From a virus: 64,000 nt of DNA. The stretch lies in IMG/VR virus record IMGVR_UViG_3300037840_000333, positions 1 through 64,000 of that record; one strand, given 5' to 3'. Shown here one piece after another: positions 17,372 to 25,522 of this stretch. Under the pieces are notes generated by a model. That model was not told where the DNA came from. It saw nothing but the letters and a program-made list of their open reading frames with translations, and did no database searches. How positions within the stretch are numbered: position 1 is the first letter of the stretch; each line of letters starts with the position of its first letter. Position numbers and translations under genes: made by a program.

Positions 17372-18084
17372 GCCGGGTGCTTGCTCTCAAACTGGCGCAG
17401 CATGGCGATGAACAGCTCGGCGTTCGTCTCCACGCCGAACGTCTTGCGGGCCCGGGCCGCGGTGGCGATCACGTATTCGTACTCCTCGACCGGGTGGTCG
17501 AAGATGATGCTGCGGAGCTGCTTGTTGCGGTAGTTGTCGGCCCGCTCGCCGTAGCTGTTCTCCGTCTCGCTGGTCGGGTCCGGCTTCGCCGGTTCCAGCA
17601 GCTTCGCCATCGCCGCCGGCGTGAAGCCCGTGCCGGCCAGGCCGAGGTCGCCGGCCTCCAAGGGGGTCAGCATCTCGTGCAGCTCGGGGTTATCCCAGCC
17701 ACCCAGCTCGGTCTGGCGATTGTCGGCGATCAGATAGGCCATCGCCTCCTCGTCGTCCCGGCTGGCCCAGCCCCGGGTGACGGGCACCAGCCACTCGATG
17801 TCGTCGGGGTGCTCGGGGTCGTCGGGTACGAGCGTCCGCACGCCCTCGGGTGGGCTGGCGCCGTCGGCGTGCATCTGCGTCAGCAGCTCGTAGCGGCCGT
17901 GGCCGGCGGCGATCAGCCCGGTGCGCTCGTCAATCAGGATCGGGTTCGTGTACCCGAAGCGGTTGAAGCTCTTGCGCAGCTCGGCCGGTTTGTGGGTCCT
18001 CGGGTTGCGCGGGTGGGGGCGCAGCTCGCCGAGCGGCATGTGGGCGATCCGCCGCCCGGTGAGCGCCGCGCCCTTCCCCCTCAC
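17368..18084 (-). CDS. ParB-like (ParB/Srx fold) protein 2, paralog of protein 1
   Basis: NPRTH..SFNRFGY..IAAGHGR..AYLIADNRQTELGGWD; same C-terminal NAELF domain. Confidence 0.9.
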   Translation of the reverse strand: MRGKGAALTGRRIAHMPLGELRPHPRNPRTHKPAELRKSFNRFGYTNPILIDERTGLIAAGHGRYELLTQMHADGASPPEGVRTLVPDDPEHPDDIEWLVPVTRGWASRDDEEAMAYLIADNRQTELGGWDNPELHEMLTPLEAGDLGLAGTGFTPAAMAKLLEPAKPDPTSETENSYGERADNYRNKQLRSIIFDHPVEEYEYVIATAARARKTFGVETNAELFIAMLRQFESKHPA

Positions 18085-18548
18085 TCGTCCTCGTCCTCCG
18101 CTGGCATCGGCAACTGTGCCTCGCCCCGGGCCGCCCGCTTGGCCGCCTCGGCGTCGCTCCGCGCCTTCTTGACCTTCGCCATGTGCTTCGCCACCATGTC
18201 GGCGCCCAGCTCGGGGTCGATGAACAGGCAGCCGTCCGCTTCCAGCTTCAGCGTCTCGCAGAACTCCTCGATGGGGTAGGCGTCCTTCCCGCTGCCCTCG
18301 GTGATCCGCTTGTAGTTGTGGCCCTTGGCCGTGGCGTACACGAGGACCATCACCCGGCTCTCGACCGGGACGTGGACCGGGGCGATGCCCATGCTCTCGC
18401 TCAGCCCGTCGCCGCACTTGGTCAGGTCGGCGACGGTCATGGTCACCGGCATGCCGTCGTGATCGGGAATCTCCTGGGCCTCCAACTCGCTCGGCGAGGC
18501 GTAATCCTCGAGGACGCTGGTGGCCGCCTGGCTCAGCCGTGGGCTCAT
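18081..18548 (-). CDS. Hypothetical phage protein
   Basis: AGGAGG RBS; TAGCGT -10 box at 18583-18588; likely first gene of the modification operon. Confidence 0.75.
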   Translation of the reverse strand: MSPRLSQAATSVLEDYASPSELEAQEIPDHDGMPVTMTVADLTKCGDGLSESMGIAPVHVPVESRVMVLVYATAKGHNYKRITEGSGKDAYPIEEFCETLKLEADGCLFIDPELGADMVAKHMAKVKKARSDAEAAKRAARGEAQLPMPAEDEDE

Positions 18549-18577
18549 GGTGGTTTGCCTCCTGCTCGTGGTGGTGG

Positions 18578-18997
18578 TCAGGACGCTAGCAAACGAGGCT
18601 CCCAGCCGAACGTCCTCGGGGCGTGCTCGGGCTGGTGGATCCAGTTGGCGACGTCCTGCCAGTCGTCGGTCGGGCGGAGCACCCACACCCGGGCCGTCGG
18701 AATGGCGGCGAAGCCGGCGAGCCACGTGAGCTGGTCGGGTTCCACCCGGCCCTTGGCGCCCTTGCACTCGATCACCACGAGCCACTGGTCGCGGATGGCG
18801 ACGAGGTCGGGCCAGCCGACGGCCGTGGTGCTGGTCCGCCAGCCGCCTCGGGGCGTCTGCATCCGGTAGACGTGCTGGTACAGGTACCGCTCCGCCTTCA
18901 GCCGGTCCTCGATGGCGGTCTGCCACTGGCGCTCGGTGAGCGGTGCCGGCGTGGAAAAGAGCTGGGCGCTCGCCGGTAGCCGGACGACACGCCTCAT
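18578..18997 (-). CDS. VRR-NUC (PD-(D/E)xK) nuclease
   Basis: GWPDLVAIR..IECKGAKGRV..DQLTWL..WVLRPTD. Confidence 0.85.
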   Translation of the reverse strand: MRRVVRLPASAQLFSTPAPLTERQWQTAIEDRLKAERYLYQHVYRMQTPRGGWRTSTTAVGWPDLVAIRDQWLVVIECKGAKGRVEPDQLTWLAGFAAIPTARVWVLRPTDDWQDVANWIHQPEHAPRTFGWEPRLLAS

Positions 18998-19335
18998 CGC
19001 TGCGCAAGCCCGAGGGCGTCGGCTTCCTTCGGGTGGTCCTCCACCCAATCGTTGTGGAAGGGGCAGGCGGTGATCCCGTTGTCCTCGGTGTACTGGCCGC
19101 CGTCGTGAGGCTTCCGCAGGTGGTGGTAAGTCAGCTCGCCGGGTGGGAAGCAGCTCGTGTCGGGGAGGAACGGGGCGATGCGGCAGCAGTGGCCGTCCCG
19201 GGCGAACACCGCCTCCCGCACGAGGTCCCGCTCAGGCTTCTCGTCCCGGCGCTTGTCGCTCACCCGCTTCAGCCCTCGGCGCCGGCGCTTCTCCCGCTTC
19301 GGGGGTTTGGGGATCGGGGTGACCTCGGGGCTCAT
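18994..19335 (-). CDS. HNH endonuclease-like protein
   Basis: VFARDGHCC..HHLRK..GG..DNGITACPFHN. Confidence 0.8.
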   Translation of the reverse strand: MSPEVTPIPKPPKREKRRRRGLKRVSDKRRDEKPERDLVREAVFARDGHCCRIAPFLPDTSCFPPGELTYHHLRKPHDGGQYTEDNGITACPFHNDWVEDHPKEADALGLAQR

Positions 19336-19481
19336 GCCCTGAGCCGCTGGTCGATCCAGAGCTGCACCTTCGGGTCGTCCCGCTGCAGGACGGCGTGCCG
19401 GGCGTAGCTAGCTGGTACTCCTCGATTCTCCAGCTTCGCTCTCAGCTCGCTGTCGCTGAGGTCGCTCCACTCGTACTTCAC
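19332..19481 (-). CDS. Small hypothetical protein (not in ORF track)
   Basis: GTG start, MKYEWSDLSDSELRAKLENRGV..; stop overlaps the HNH ATG. Confidence 0.5.
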   Translation of the reverse strand: MKYEWSDLSDSELRAKLENRGVPASYARHAVLQRDDPKVQLWIDQRLRA

Positions 19482-19665
19482 GGGGCGACTGTAGGCGGAC
19501 CTCGGTGCTCATGCCGAGGATGTAGGCGAGGAGGGCGTCGCGCTCCCGGGTGATGCGCATGATGAGCGCGCCCTGTCGGCTGGCCTCCGCCTTGTAGCGC
19601 CGGTCCGCCTCGGCCAGGGCGTCCACCCGGTAGTCATCGAATGTGGCCTGGCGCTTCCGGGTCAC
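19408..19665 (-). CDS. Hypothetical protein
   Basis: GTGA coupling with the upstream gene. Confidence 0.55.
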   Translation of the reverse strand: MTRKRQATFDDYRVDALAEADRRYKAEASRQGALIMRITRERDALLAYILGMSTEVRLQSPREVRVERPQRQRAESEAGESRSTS

Positions 19666-19943
19666 GGGTCGAAGGTCTCGACGTCCTGGCGTCGGCTGAA
19701 GCGCACGAGGGTCAGCGGTCGGTCCATCATCTCCGCCAGCCGGCGGGCGATGGGCTCTAGGGATCGGGCCGCCTGGCGGTCGGGTGCGATCATCGGCGCC
19801 GTTTCGCCGCCGGCCGTGCGCCAGAACGCCACGCCGGCCTCGTCGTCGTCGTCGCTCACGAGGTAGGCGAACAGCTCCTCTCGCACGCCCTCGTTCGGCC
19901 GGGGGCCGGCGTAGTCCTCCTCGGTGATGACCCGCTTGCTCAT
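19662..19943 (-). CDS. Hypothetical protein
   Basis: ATGA coupling. Confidence 0.65.
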   Translation of the reverse strand: MSKRVITEEDYAGPRPNEGVREELFAYLVSDDDDEAGVAFWRTAGGETAPMIAPDRQAARSLEPIARRLAEMMDRPLTLVRFSRRQDVETFDP

Positions 19944-20221
19944 TCCCAGCCCATCAGAGGGTTGCTGGTCTCGCTGGCCGTCCGGGTGCGCCGGTGCAGG
20001 TTGGCGTCGGGGCAGGAGGCGAAGTGGCTGAGGTGCCAGCGGCGTCCGGGGATGCTCTGATGGTTGCCCTTCACCACCCGGGCCAGGTACTTGCCGCTCG
20101 GCATCGTGTACAGCTCGACGTTCCCGTAGTCGGCCGGCTCGGGGTCCACCGGCATCTGCTTCCCACCGGGGATCGTGCGCGCCCACACGATGGCGGCGCC
20201 GCAGGTTTTACAGGTGCTCAC
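19940..20221 (-). CDS. Zinc-binding phage protein
   Basis: CKTCGAAIVW..GKQMPVD..GNV..SHFASCP. Confidence 0.75.
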   Translation of the reverse strand: MSTCKTCGAAIVWARTIPGGKQMPVDPEPADYGNVELYTMPSGKYLARVVKGNHQSIPGRRWHLSHFASCPDANLHRRTRTASETSNPLMGWE

Positions 20222-20580
20222 GTCAGTCCTCTCTCGATCCGGTAGCGGGCCCACGCGGTGGACCGCATGCACGCCTGGCACCCGTCGTTCACGCAGCTCT
20301 CCACGAGGGCCTGCAGCTCGTCGCGCTGGCGCTCGGCGGTCTGTAGCGGCGTCTCCTCGACGGGCTCGGGTGGCCGCTCGCCGCCTCGGGTCCAAGGGGT
20401 CGGGTCGGCGGCCTGGGCGGTCAGGTGGAAGTGGGGGCCGAACTCGCACTCGTAGTAGCGGTCGGGCGTGCGCTCGCGCTTGTCCTCGCTCTGGCGGATC
20501 CGGGTAATGGCCCGCTTGGCCTGCTCCGGGCTCCGGTAGCCGGCCTTGCCGGTCCGGCACTTGATGACGCGCTTGCTCAT
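20218..20580 (-). CDS. Zinc-finger phage protein
   Basis: C..GKAGY..RYYECEFGPHFHLT. Confidence 0.7.
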   Translation of the reverse strand: MSKRVIKCRTGKAGYRSPEQAKRAITRIRQSEDKRERTPDRYYECEFGPHFHLTAQAADPTPWTRGGERPPEPVEETPLQTAERQRDELQALVESCVNDGCQACMRSTAWARYRIERGLT

Positions 20581-20795
20581 AGCAGCGAAGCCTGGCCGGG
20601 GCACTCCCGCCTCGGTGAGCTGGCCGCGGCCTCCCGCAGGAACTCGTCCCACACCCGGTGCCACTGGTCGAAACTCCCGGCGGTGCGGAAGTCAATGTCG
20701 GCGCCGAGGGTCCGCAGGATCGGCCGGCAGCGAGCGCACTCCCAAAGACCGGGCTGCACCGCCGTCAGCGGTCGGTCGCAGTAGCCGCACGTCAT
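20577..20795 (-). CDS. Small zinc-ribbon protein
   Basis: CGYC..CARC; coupled. Confidence 0.6.
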   Translation of the reverse strand: MTCGYCDRPLTAVQPGLWECARCRPILRTLGADIDFRTAGSFDQWHRVWDEFLREAAASSPRRECPGQASLL

Positions 20796-20962
20796 CGGGC
20801 CGTGTCCGCCGGCTCGGTCCACCGCATCACCCAGGTCACGTCGTCGCCCCGAACCTGGCCCACGCACTCGTGCTCGCCCCGGTGATTCGCCGGCCGGCCG
20901 CAGGTCCAGAGCAGGCCGCGGTGGAGCACCTTGTCCTCGCAGTCCTTCCGCCGGTCGGTCAT
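20792..20962 (-). CDS. Small Cys/His protein
   Basis: CGRPANHRGEH; coupled. Confidence 0.55.
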   Translation of the reverse strand: MTDRRKDCEDKVLHRGLLWTCGRPANHRGEHECVGQVRGDDVTWVMRWTEPADTAR

Positions 20963-21141
20963 GGCCGCAGCAGCTCCTCCAACGTGCAGCCCTCGCCGGT
21001 CGGCTCCTCCTCCTCCATCCGGGCGTTGATGGTGGCCGGGTCGTCCTCGTGCGGCGTCCACTCGGTCAGCCGGCGTCGGAGGGCCCGCTGGGCCTGGTAC
21101 CAAACCTCGTCCTCGATCAGTCCCGCGAATCCCTTGCTCAT
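20959..21141 (-). CDS. Hypothetical protein
   Basis: ATGA coupling. Confidence 0.55.
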   Translation of the reverse strand: MSKGFAGLIEDEVWYQAQRALRRRLTEWTPHEDDPATINARMEEEEPTGEGCTLEELLRP

Positions 21142-21740
21142 CGCTTGCTCGCCTGGTGACGGGCCCGGCGCTCCCGGCACGCCCTGGCCTTGCAGCGGCA
21201 CGCCTTGCCGCCGTTGCCGGGCATGAAGTGGCCGCCCTGCCAGAGGTCGTGCTGCTCAGGCCGGCACAGGCTGCACGGGCGCACGTCGGCCGGTGCTCCG
21301 AAGTTGGGCGAGTCCACCGATGGGTCGGTGAGGTACACCCAGCCACCGGGGTCGTCCTCGGTCGCTCCGCACTCGGGGCAACTCTCGCCCGGCGCCCGCT
21401 CGGCCGGCGGTGGGGCGTCAAGGGTGCGTTGCTTGCTTGCCACCAGCGTCTCAAACTCGGCCAGCGTCGGGAACTCGGCGCCCGCGGTCCTCACCCACTC
21501 ACCGGCGGCCGTTGTGATGGCTTCGGGCTGGTACTCGATCAGGGAGGTCACCCAAAGGTCCCAGGCGTCATCCTGGTCCCAGGCGTAGGGCAGCCGCAGG
21601 CTCGCCCCTCGGAAGATCCCGAAGGCGGCCTCCACCGCTGCCCCTAGTCGCTCGCCCGCCTCCCGCCGGGCCCTGGCCTCGCCATCGAGCGGGCCAAACA
21701 GCGCCTTATCACTCAGGTCAAGTGGTCTCGGTTCGTTCAT
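21138..21740 (-). CDS. Putative helicase loader/inhibitor-like replication protein
   Basis: Directly after the Rep gene; W..L..Y..W...FPTLAEF motif plus CxxC pairs. Confidence 0.55.
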   Translation of the reverse strand: MNEPRPLDLSDKALFGPLDGEARARREAGERLGAAVEAAFGIFRGASLRLPYAWDQDDAWDLWVTSLIEYQPEAITTAAGEWVRTAGAEFPTLAEFETLVASKQRTLDAPPPAERAPGESCPECGATEDDPGGWVYLTDPSVDSPNFGAPADVRPCSLCRPEQHDLWQGGHFMPGNGGKACRCKARACRERRARHQASKR

Positions 21741-22543
21741 CTTCCTCCTCCTCGGGCCGCCCGCATGCTCTCGCGGAGCGGTCGGTGCGGTCGGTTGCTC
21801 GTCGGGTCCGGGCGCTTGCCGTTCCGCCGGGCCGGCAACGGGTCGTCGTTCCATCGCTGGCCGTTGAGCCACGTCGCCGGGTGGCAGGTGTACTCGTCCT
21901 CCCGGTTCGGGTCATCCCGGTAGCGCGCCGCGCCGGCGACGATGGTCGCCGCGTCCGCTACCCGTAGCGCCTTGTCCCACGCTCGTCGGGCGTCGGCCTT
22001 GGCCGTGTGCCTCGGGTATACGGGCCAAAAGCAGGCATCAAAGGTCGGGGGCGGGAGGGTGACCGTGACGTCTCCGTCGTGGGCCATGAGCACAAGCTTT
22101 TGTCTTTCCTCTGGCTCTCGTTCTCTCTTGCTTTCCTTCGTCGCGCTGCTGAGCGCGCCGGTAGGCCCGCTGGTCTGCGCGCCCTCCGTCGCGCTGTTTG
22201 GCGCGCCCGTGGCCTGGGGCGCGCTCCCCTGCGCGGTCCGCACGATGTAGGAGCAGCTCGTGAAGTTGCCGGTGTGCGGGTTCCGGCGCTGCACCCGGCT
22301 GACCCATCCGGCGTGCTCTAGCTCGGCGATGAATCGGTTGATCGACCGGGGGGACTTGCTGATCAGGGTGGCGATGCGCTCGTGGCCGGGGTAGCAGTTG
22401 TCCGGGCGCTCGCCGTGTCTCAACAGGACTCCATACACCCGTACCGCCTCGGCGCCCACGTTCGGGTCGTATAGCAGGGCCTCGGGGATCTGCGCGTAGC
22501 GCGGTCCCTCGATGGTGATGGTGCTATGGCACGGCTCAGGCAC
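21737..22543 (-). CDS. Replication initiator (HTH Rep-like)
   Basis: N-terminal HTH (CYPGHERIA..ELEHAGWV); C-terminal FWPVYPR..K..HPATWLNGQRWND. Confidence 0.85.
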   Translation of the reverse strand: MPEPCHSTITIEGPRYAQIPEALLYDPNVGAEAVRVYGVLLRHGERPDNCYPGHERIATLISKSPRSINRFIAELEHAGWVSRVQRRNPHTGNFTSCSYIVRTAQGSAPQATGAPNSATEGAQTSGPTGALSSATKESKREREPEERQKLVLMAHDGDVTVTLPPPTFDACFWPVYPRHTAKADARRAWDKALRVADAATIVAGAARYRDDPNREDEYTCHPATWLNGQRWNDDPLPARRNGKRPDPTSNRPHRPLRESMRAARGGGR

Positions 22544-22681
22544 TGGCGGGGTCCTTTCTGCTCGGGAACTGCGTGTCGGGGTCGGGGCCGGGAGCTGAAA
22601 GGAATGACCAGCCCTCGAACCACGATCACGCTTGCTGCTGGCTCGGGTGTACTGCCCGTGCCGTCGTCGTAATGCTAGCGG

Positions 22682-22975
22682 CTAGAACTCACCCGTGCGT
22701 GGTCCTCCGGGCCACTCCCGGTGCCACAGGCCGGCGTCGCAGTCGGGGCATCCTTCCACCGGGTCGAGCCCGGCCTTGTTGGCCTCGTCGGCCTTGTCCA
22801 GCTCGGCGATGATCTTCGGGCGCAGCGCGTCGAGCTGGCTGGTCAGCTCATGCCACTCGTCCAGCAGGCGGGCGAGGTCGGGGAAGTGGGCACTGATGGT
22901 GAGCGGCATCAGGTTGAGGTCGGTGCTGCGCCGGTTGTAGTCGTGGCTCCGTCGGCGGTAGCGGCGCCCGTTCAC
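22682..22975 (-). CDS. Hypothetical protein
   Basis: GTGA coupling. Confidence 0.55.
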   Translation of the reverse strand: MNGRRYRRRSHDYNRRSTDLNLMPLTISAHFPDLARLLDEWHELTSQLDALRPKIIAELDKADEANKAGLDPVEGCPDCDAGLWHREWPGGPRTGEF

Positions 22976-24264
22976 GACGCCGGCTCCGCCAGCCACTCGC
23001 GCATCCGGGCCGCCGTGAGGCGCTTGCCGAGGGCGTCCACGTTGCCGCCGACCTTCAGGCTTCGGGCCCGCAGCTCGGCCTTCAGCTCCTCGGCCTTCAT
23101 CAGCTTTACCTCGCTGATGATGTCATCGGCCACCTGGGGCGGTACGCCGTCGGGGATGGCCTCCTCGTCCCCTGGGGGCGGCAGGGCACCTTCCGTGGGG
23201 GGTTGGGGCTCGGGTGGGGCTCCGTCCGCTCCTGGGGCCGCTGAGGACGGCTCCTGGGCGTCCGGCGTCGGTAGCGTCGGCTGCTCGGGCTGGCCCTGGG
23301 GGGCGTGCCGGTCGGCGGTCTCCTGGGCCGCCTCCTGGCTGCTCGCGTCCCGGCACTCGACCAGCAGGGCTCGGTACTCGGCCACCTGGACCTTCTGCAC
23401 CGGCAGCGGGAGCACCTTCGTCGGGTCGGCCGGGTCGGTGTACTCGTGCTCGATGCACCACGCCCGCACCCTGGCTTTCTGCCGCTCGCTGGTGATGGCC
23501 TTCAGAATGTCCCGCAGGCTGGCGCTCACGCTGCGTAACTCGTCCTCGTCGGTGTAGCCCAGGTCCCGCCAAACGGCCGGGGTCGGGGGCGCCTGGTCCT
23601 CGGGGCTCCCTCGCCGGGCTGGCGGCGTGCGGTCGTCGCCCTCGCTCTCCAACAGGTTCTTGCTCCACAGGCTCAGGGCCACGCCGAAACGCATGGCGGC
23701 GTTGCGGAGGGCGTCGCCGATGAGCTGCTTCTCGGCGTCGAACTTTCTGCTCTCGACGCTGCCGAAGCCCTTCCGGGTGATGCCGCCGACGGTGAGCGTG
23801 ATCCACAAGCCGATGGGCTGGCCGTCCCGGTCCCGCTCAAAGTGGGGCGGGCTGTTCTCGATGAGCTGGTCCATCAGGAGCGGCTGTATGGCGTGCTCGG
23901 CGCTCGCCACCGCGGCCAGCGCGGCGGGGTCGATGTCCCGGCTGAGGAAGTCCCAATCCCACCCGGGGTCTACGTTCAGCAGGCGGTCGGTGACCTCGGC
24001 GTGCCCCACGTAGTCAAGGTGCATGTGGGCCGTGGTGATCCAGTTGCCGCACAGTTGGCACTCCCGCTTGGCGTGGTCGGTGCAGACCTTCCCCTGGGCG
24101 TCCCGGCACTTGAAGCACGTGATCCTCGGCAGCTTCCCGACCTGGGCCTCGGCGAACGGGGCCCGCAGGGCGGAGAGCATGGGCACTAGCTCGCCGTACT
24201 GCTCGGCCGCCCACGTGCTCGGGGCGGTGCCGTTCTGGCTCTCGGTGGTGGTGGTCTCGGTCAC
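22972..24264 (-). CDS. Rad52/Sak-like single-strand annealing protein with C-terminal SAP domain
   Basis: LRAPF..LDYVGHAEVTDRLLNVDP..IGDALRNAAMRFGVALSLW; MKAEELKAELRARSLKVGGNVDALGKRL. Confidence 0.85.
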   Translation of the reverse strand: MTETTTTESQNGTAPSTWAAEQYGELVPMLSALRAPFAEAQVGKLPRITCFKCRDAQGKVCTDHAKRECQLCGNWITTAHMHLDYVGHAEVTDRLLNVDPGWDWDFLSRDIDPAALAAVASAEHAIQPLLMDQLIENSPPHFERDRDGQPIGLWITLTVGGITRKGFGSVESRKFDAEKQLIGDALRNAAMRFGVALSLWSKNLLESEGDDRTPPARRGSPEDQAPPTPAVWRDLGYTDEDELRSVSASLRDILKAITSERQKARVRAWCIEHEYTDPADPTKVLPLPVQKVQVAEYRALLVECRDASSQEAAQETADRHAPQGQPEQPTLPTPDAQEPSSAAPGADGAPPEPQPPTEGALPPPGDEEAIPDGVPPQVADDIISEVKLMKAEELKAELRARSLKVGGNVDALGKRLTAARMREWLAEPAS

Positions 24265-24965
24265 TGGTCGTCCTCCTCGGTGGTGAGTGTGATGCTGAAT
24301 CGTTCCTGCACGGGCTCGGCGTAGACGACGCCGGGGACGCTGACGGTCTCGGCCTTGAACTCGCCGGTCTCCAAGTTGGCTCGAGGTGCCGTCTTCGCCA
24401 TCAGGCGCCACGTCTGGACTAGCTCGCCGCCGCGCTCGGGGTCGTTCACCTGCACGCCCTCGTGCCGGGTGATCTTCTCCTCGTCGGCCAGCTCGGCCTT
24501 GCGGATATGGGGCTCGTAGCGCAGCAGGTCCTCGCGGCCGTTGGCCTTGCACCAGGCGATGAACGCCTGCTCATCGGTCACGAGGATCTTGCCTCGGCCT
24601 GGCTTCCGTAGGGCCAGGGCGCCGTTCGGCAGCTTCAATGTCTTGGTCCTCGGGTTGGCCCGCAGCCACGCCCGGTGGAACGCTTCCAGTGAGGTGCCGA
24701 TGCGCTCCTCCTCGCGCTCGATGCCGCCGGTGCGGTCCCGCTCCCAGCGGGTGATGTCCTCCCGGCGCCGGGTCGCCAGCTCCATGATCTTGATGGCCTC
24801 GGCGCGCAACCGGCGCCGCTTGTAGAGCAGACGGTCGGCCATGTCGGCGTCCTCCGCCGGCAGCACGACCTCGTGGTCGGGATCCTCGGGGTCCGGGTGC
24901 TCGACGGGGACCTCGATGGCGAGGTACTCATCCAGGTCGGCCTCGATCAGCTCGTCGTCCGGCAT
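24261..24965 (-). CDS. Mu Gam-like host-nuclease inhibitor / DNA end-binding protein
   Basis: Coiled coil followed by KTLKLPNGALALRK; next to the SSAP gene. Confidence 0.75.
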   Translation of the reverse strand: MPDDELIEADLDEYLAIEVPVEHPDPEDPDHEVVLPAEDADMADRLLYKRRRLRAEAIKIMELATRRREDITRWERDRTGGIEREEERIGTSLEAFHRAWLRANPRTKTLKLPNGALALRKPGRGKILVTDEQAFIAWCKANGREDLLRYEPHIRKAELADEEKITRHEGVQVNDPERGGELVQTWRLMAKTAPRANLETGEFKAETVSVPGVVYAEPVQERFSITLTTEEDDQ

Positions 24966-25007
24966 ATGCAACTCCTGTCCGTGGTTGGTCGGGTGCGCCA
25001 ATCGCTA

Positions 25008-25169
25008 ACGCTAGCGCCTACCCTATCCGCGGGGTGTGTTGCTCACCGGGCAAGCGAATGGCCGCCGGTGATCGAGGGCATCACTCCTCGGCCGGCGGCC
25101 ACTCTGTCCCGACCAACCACGACCGGGATCGTTGCTACTGCGTGAGCGGTGCGCTCGGCTCTAACGCTA
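25008..25169 (-). promoter_or_regulatory. Tandem TAGCGT -10 promoters for the replication module
   Basis: GCGCTAGCGTTAG repeated, with -10 boxes at 25008-25013 and 25164-25169. Confidence 0.55.
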
Positions 25170-25195
25170 GCGCGTGGCCGGCGCCGTCGCGTCGG

Positions 25196-25522
25196 CTACT
25201 GCGCGGCGTGCGCTCCGGGTGCGTTGCCGAGTCCGACGCCGGGGGCGATCTTGGCGTTGACCGTGACCGCTGGCTTCCACCATCCGACGTAGCCGGCGAC
25301 GGCCGTGATCCACGCCACGCCGATGCTGAGGGCGATCTGCTCCCACTCCCTCGTGCCGCTCGGCGGCGTGATGAGGTAGCCGCTCAGGCCGCCGGTGATG
25401 GCGGCCAACAGCCCGGTGAGGAGCGCCTTCAGCTTGGCGCTGGCGACCTCCTTCGTCACGAGGGCGATGGCGGCTGGGATCACGGTCCCGACCAACAGGC
25501 TGATGACGACGGCGAGGTTCAC
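25196..25522 (-). CDS. Holin
   Basis: Three TM segments; adjacent to the peptidase lysin. Confidence 0.75.
   Translation of the reverse strand: MNLAVVISLLVGTVIPAAIALVTKEVASAKLKALLTGLLAAITGGLSGYLITPPSGTREWEQIALSIGVAWITAVAGYVGWWKPAVTVNAKIAPGVGLGNAPGAHAAQ

Noticed and set aside
16715-18084. ParB pair as a ParABS partition system
   Set aside because: No ParA ATPase in the window and no central HTH typical of partition ParBs; both genes are coupled to the dioxygenase
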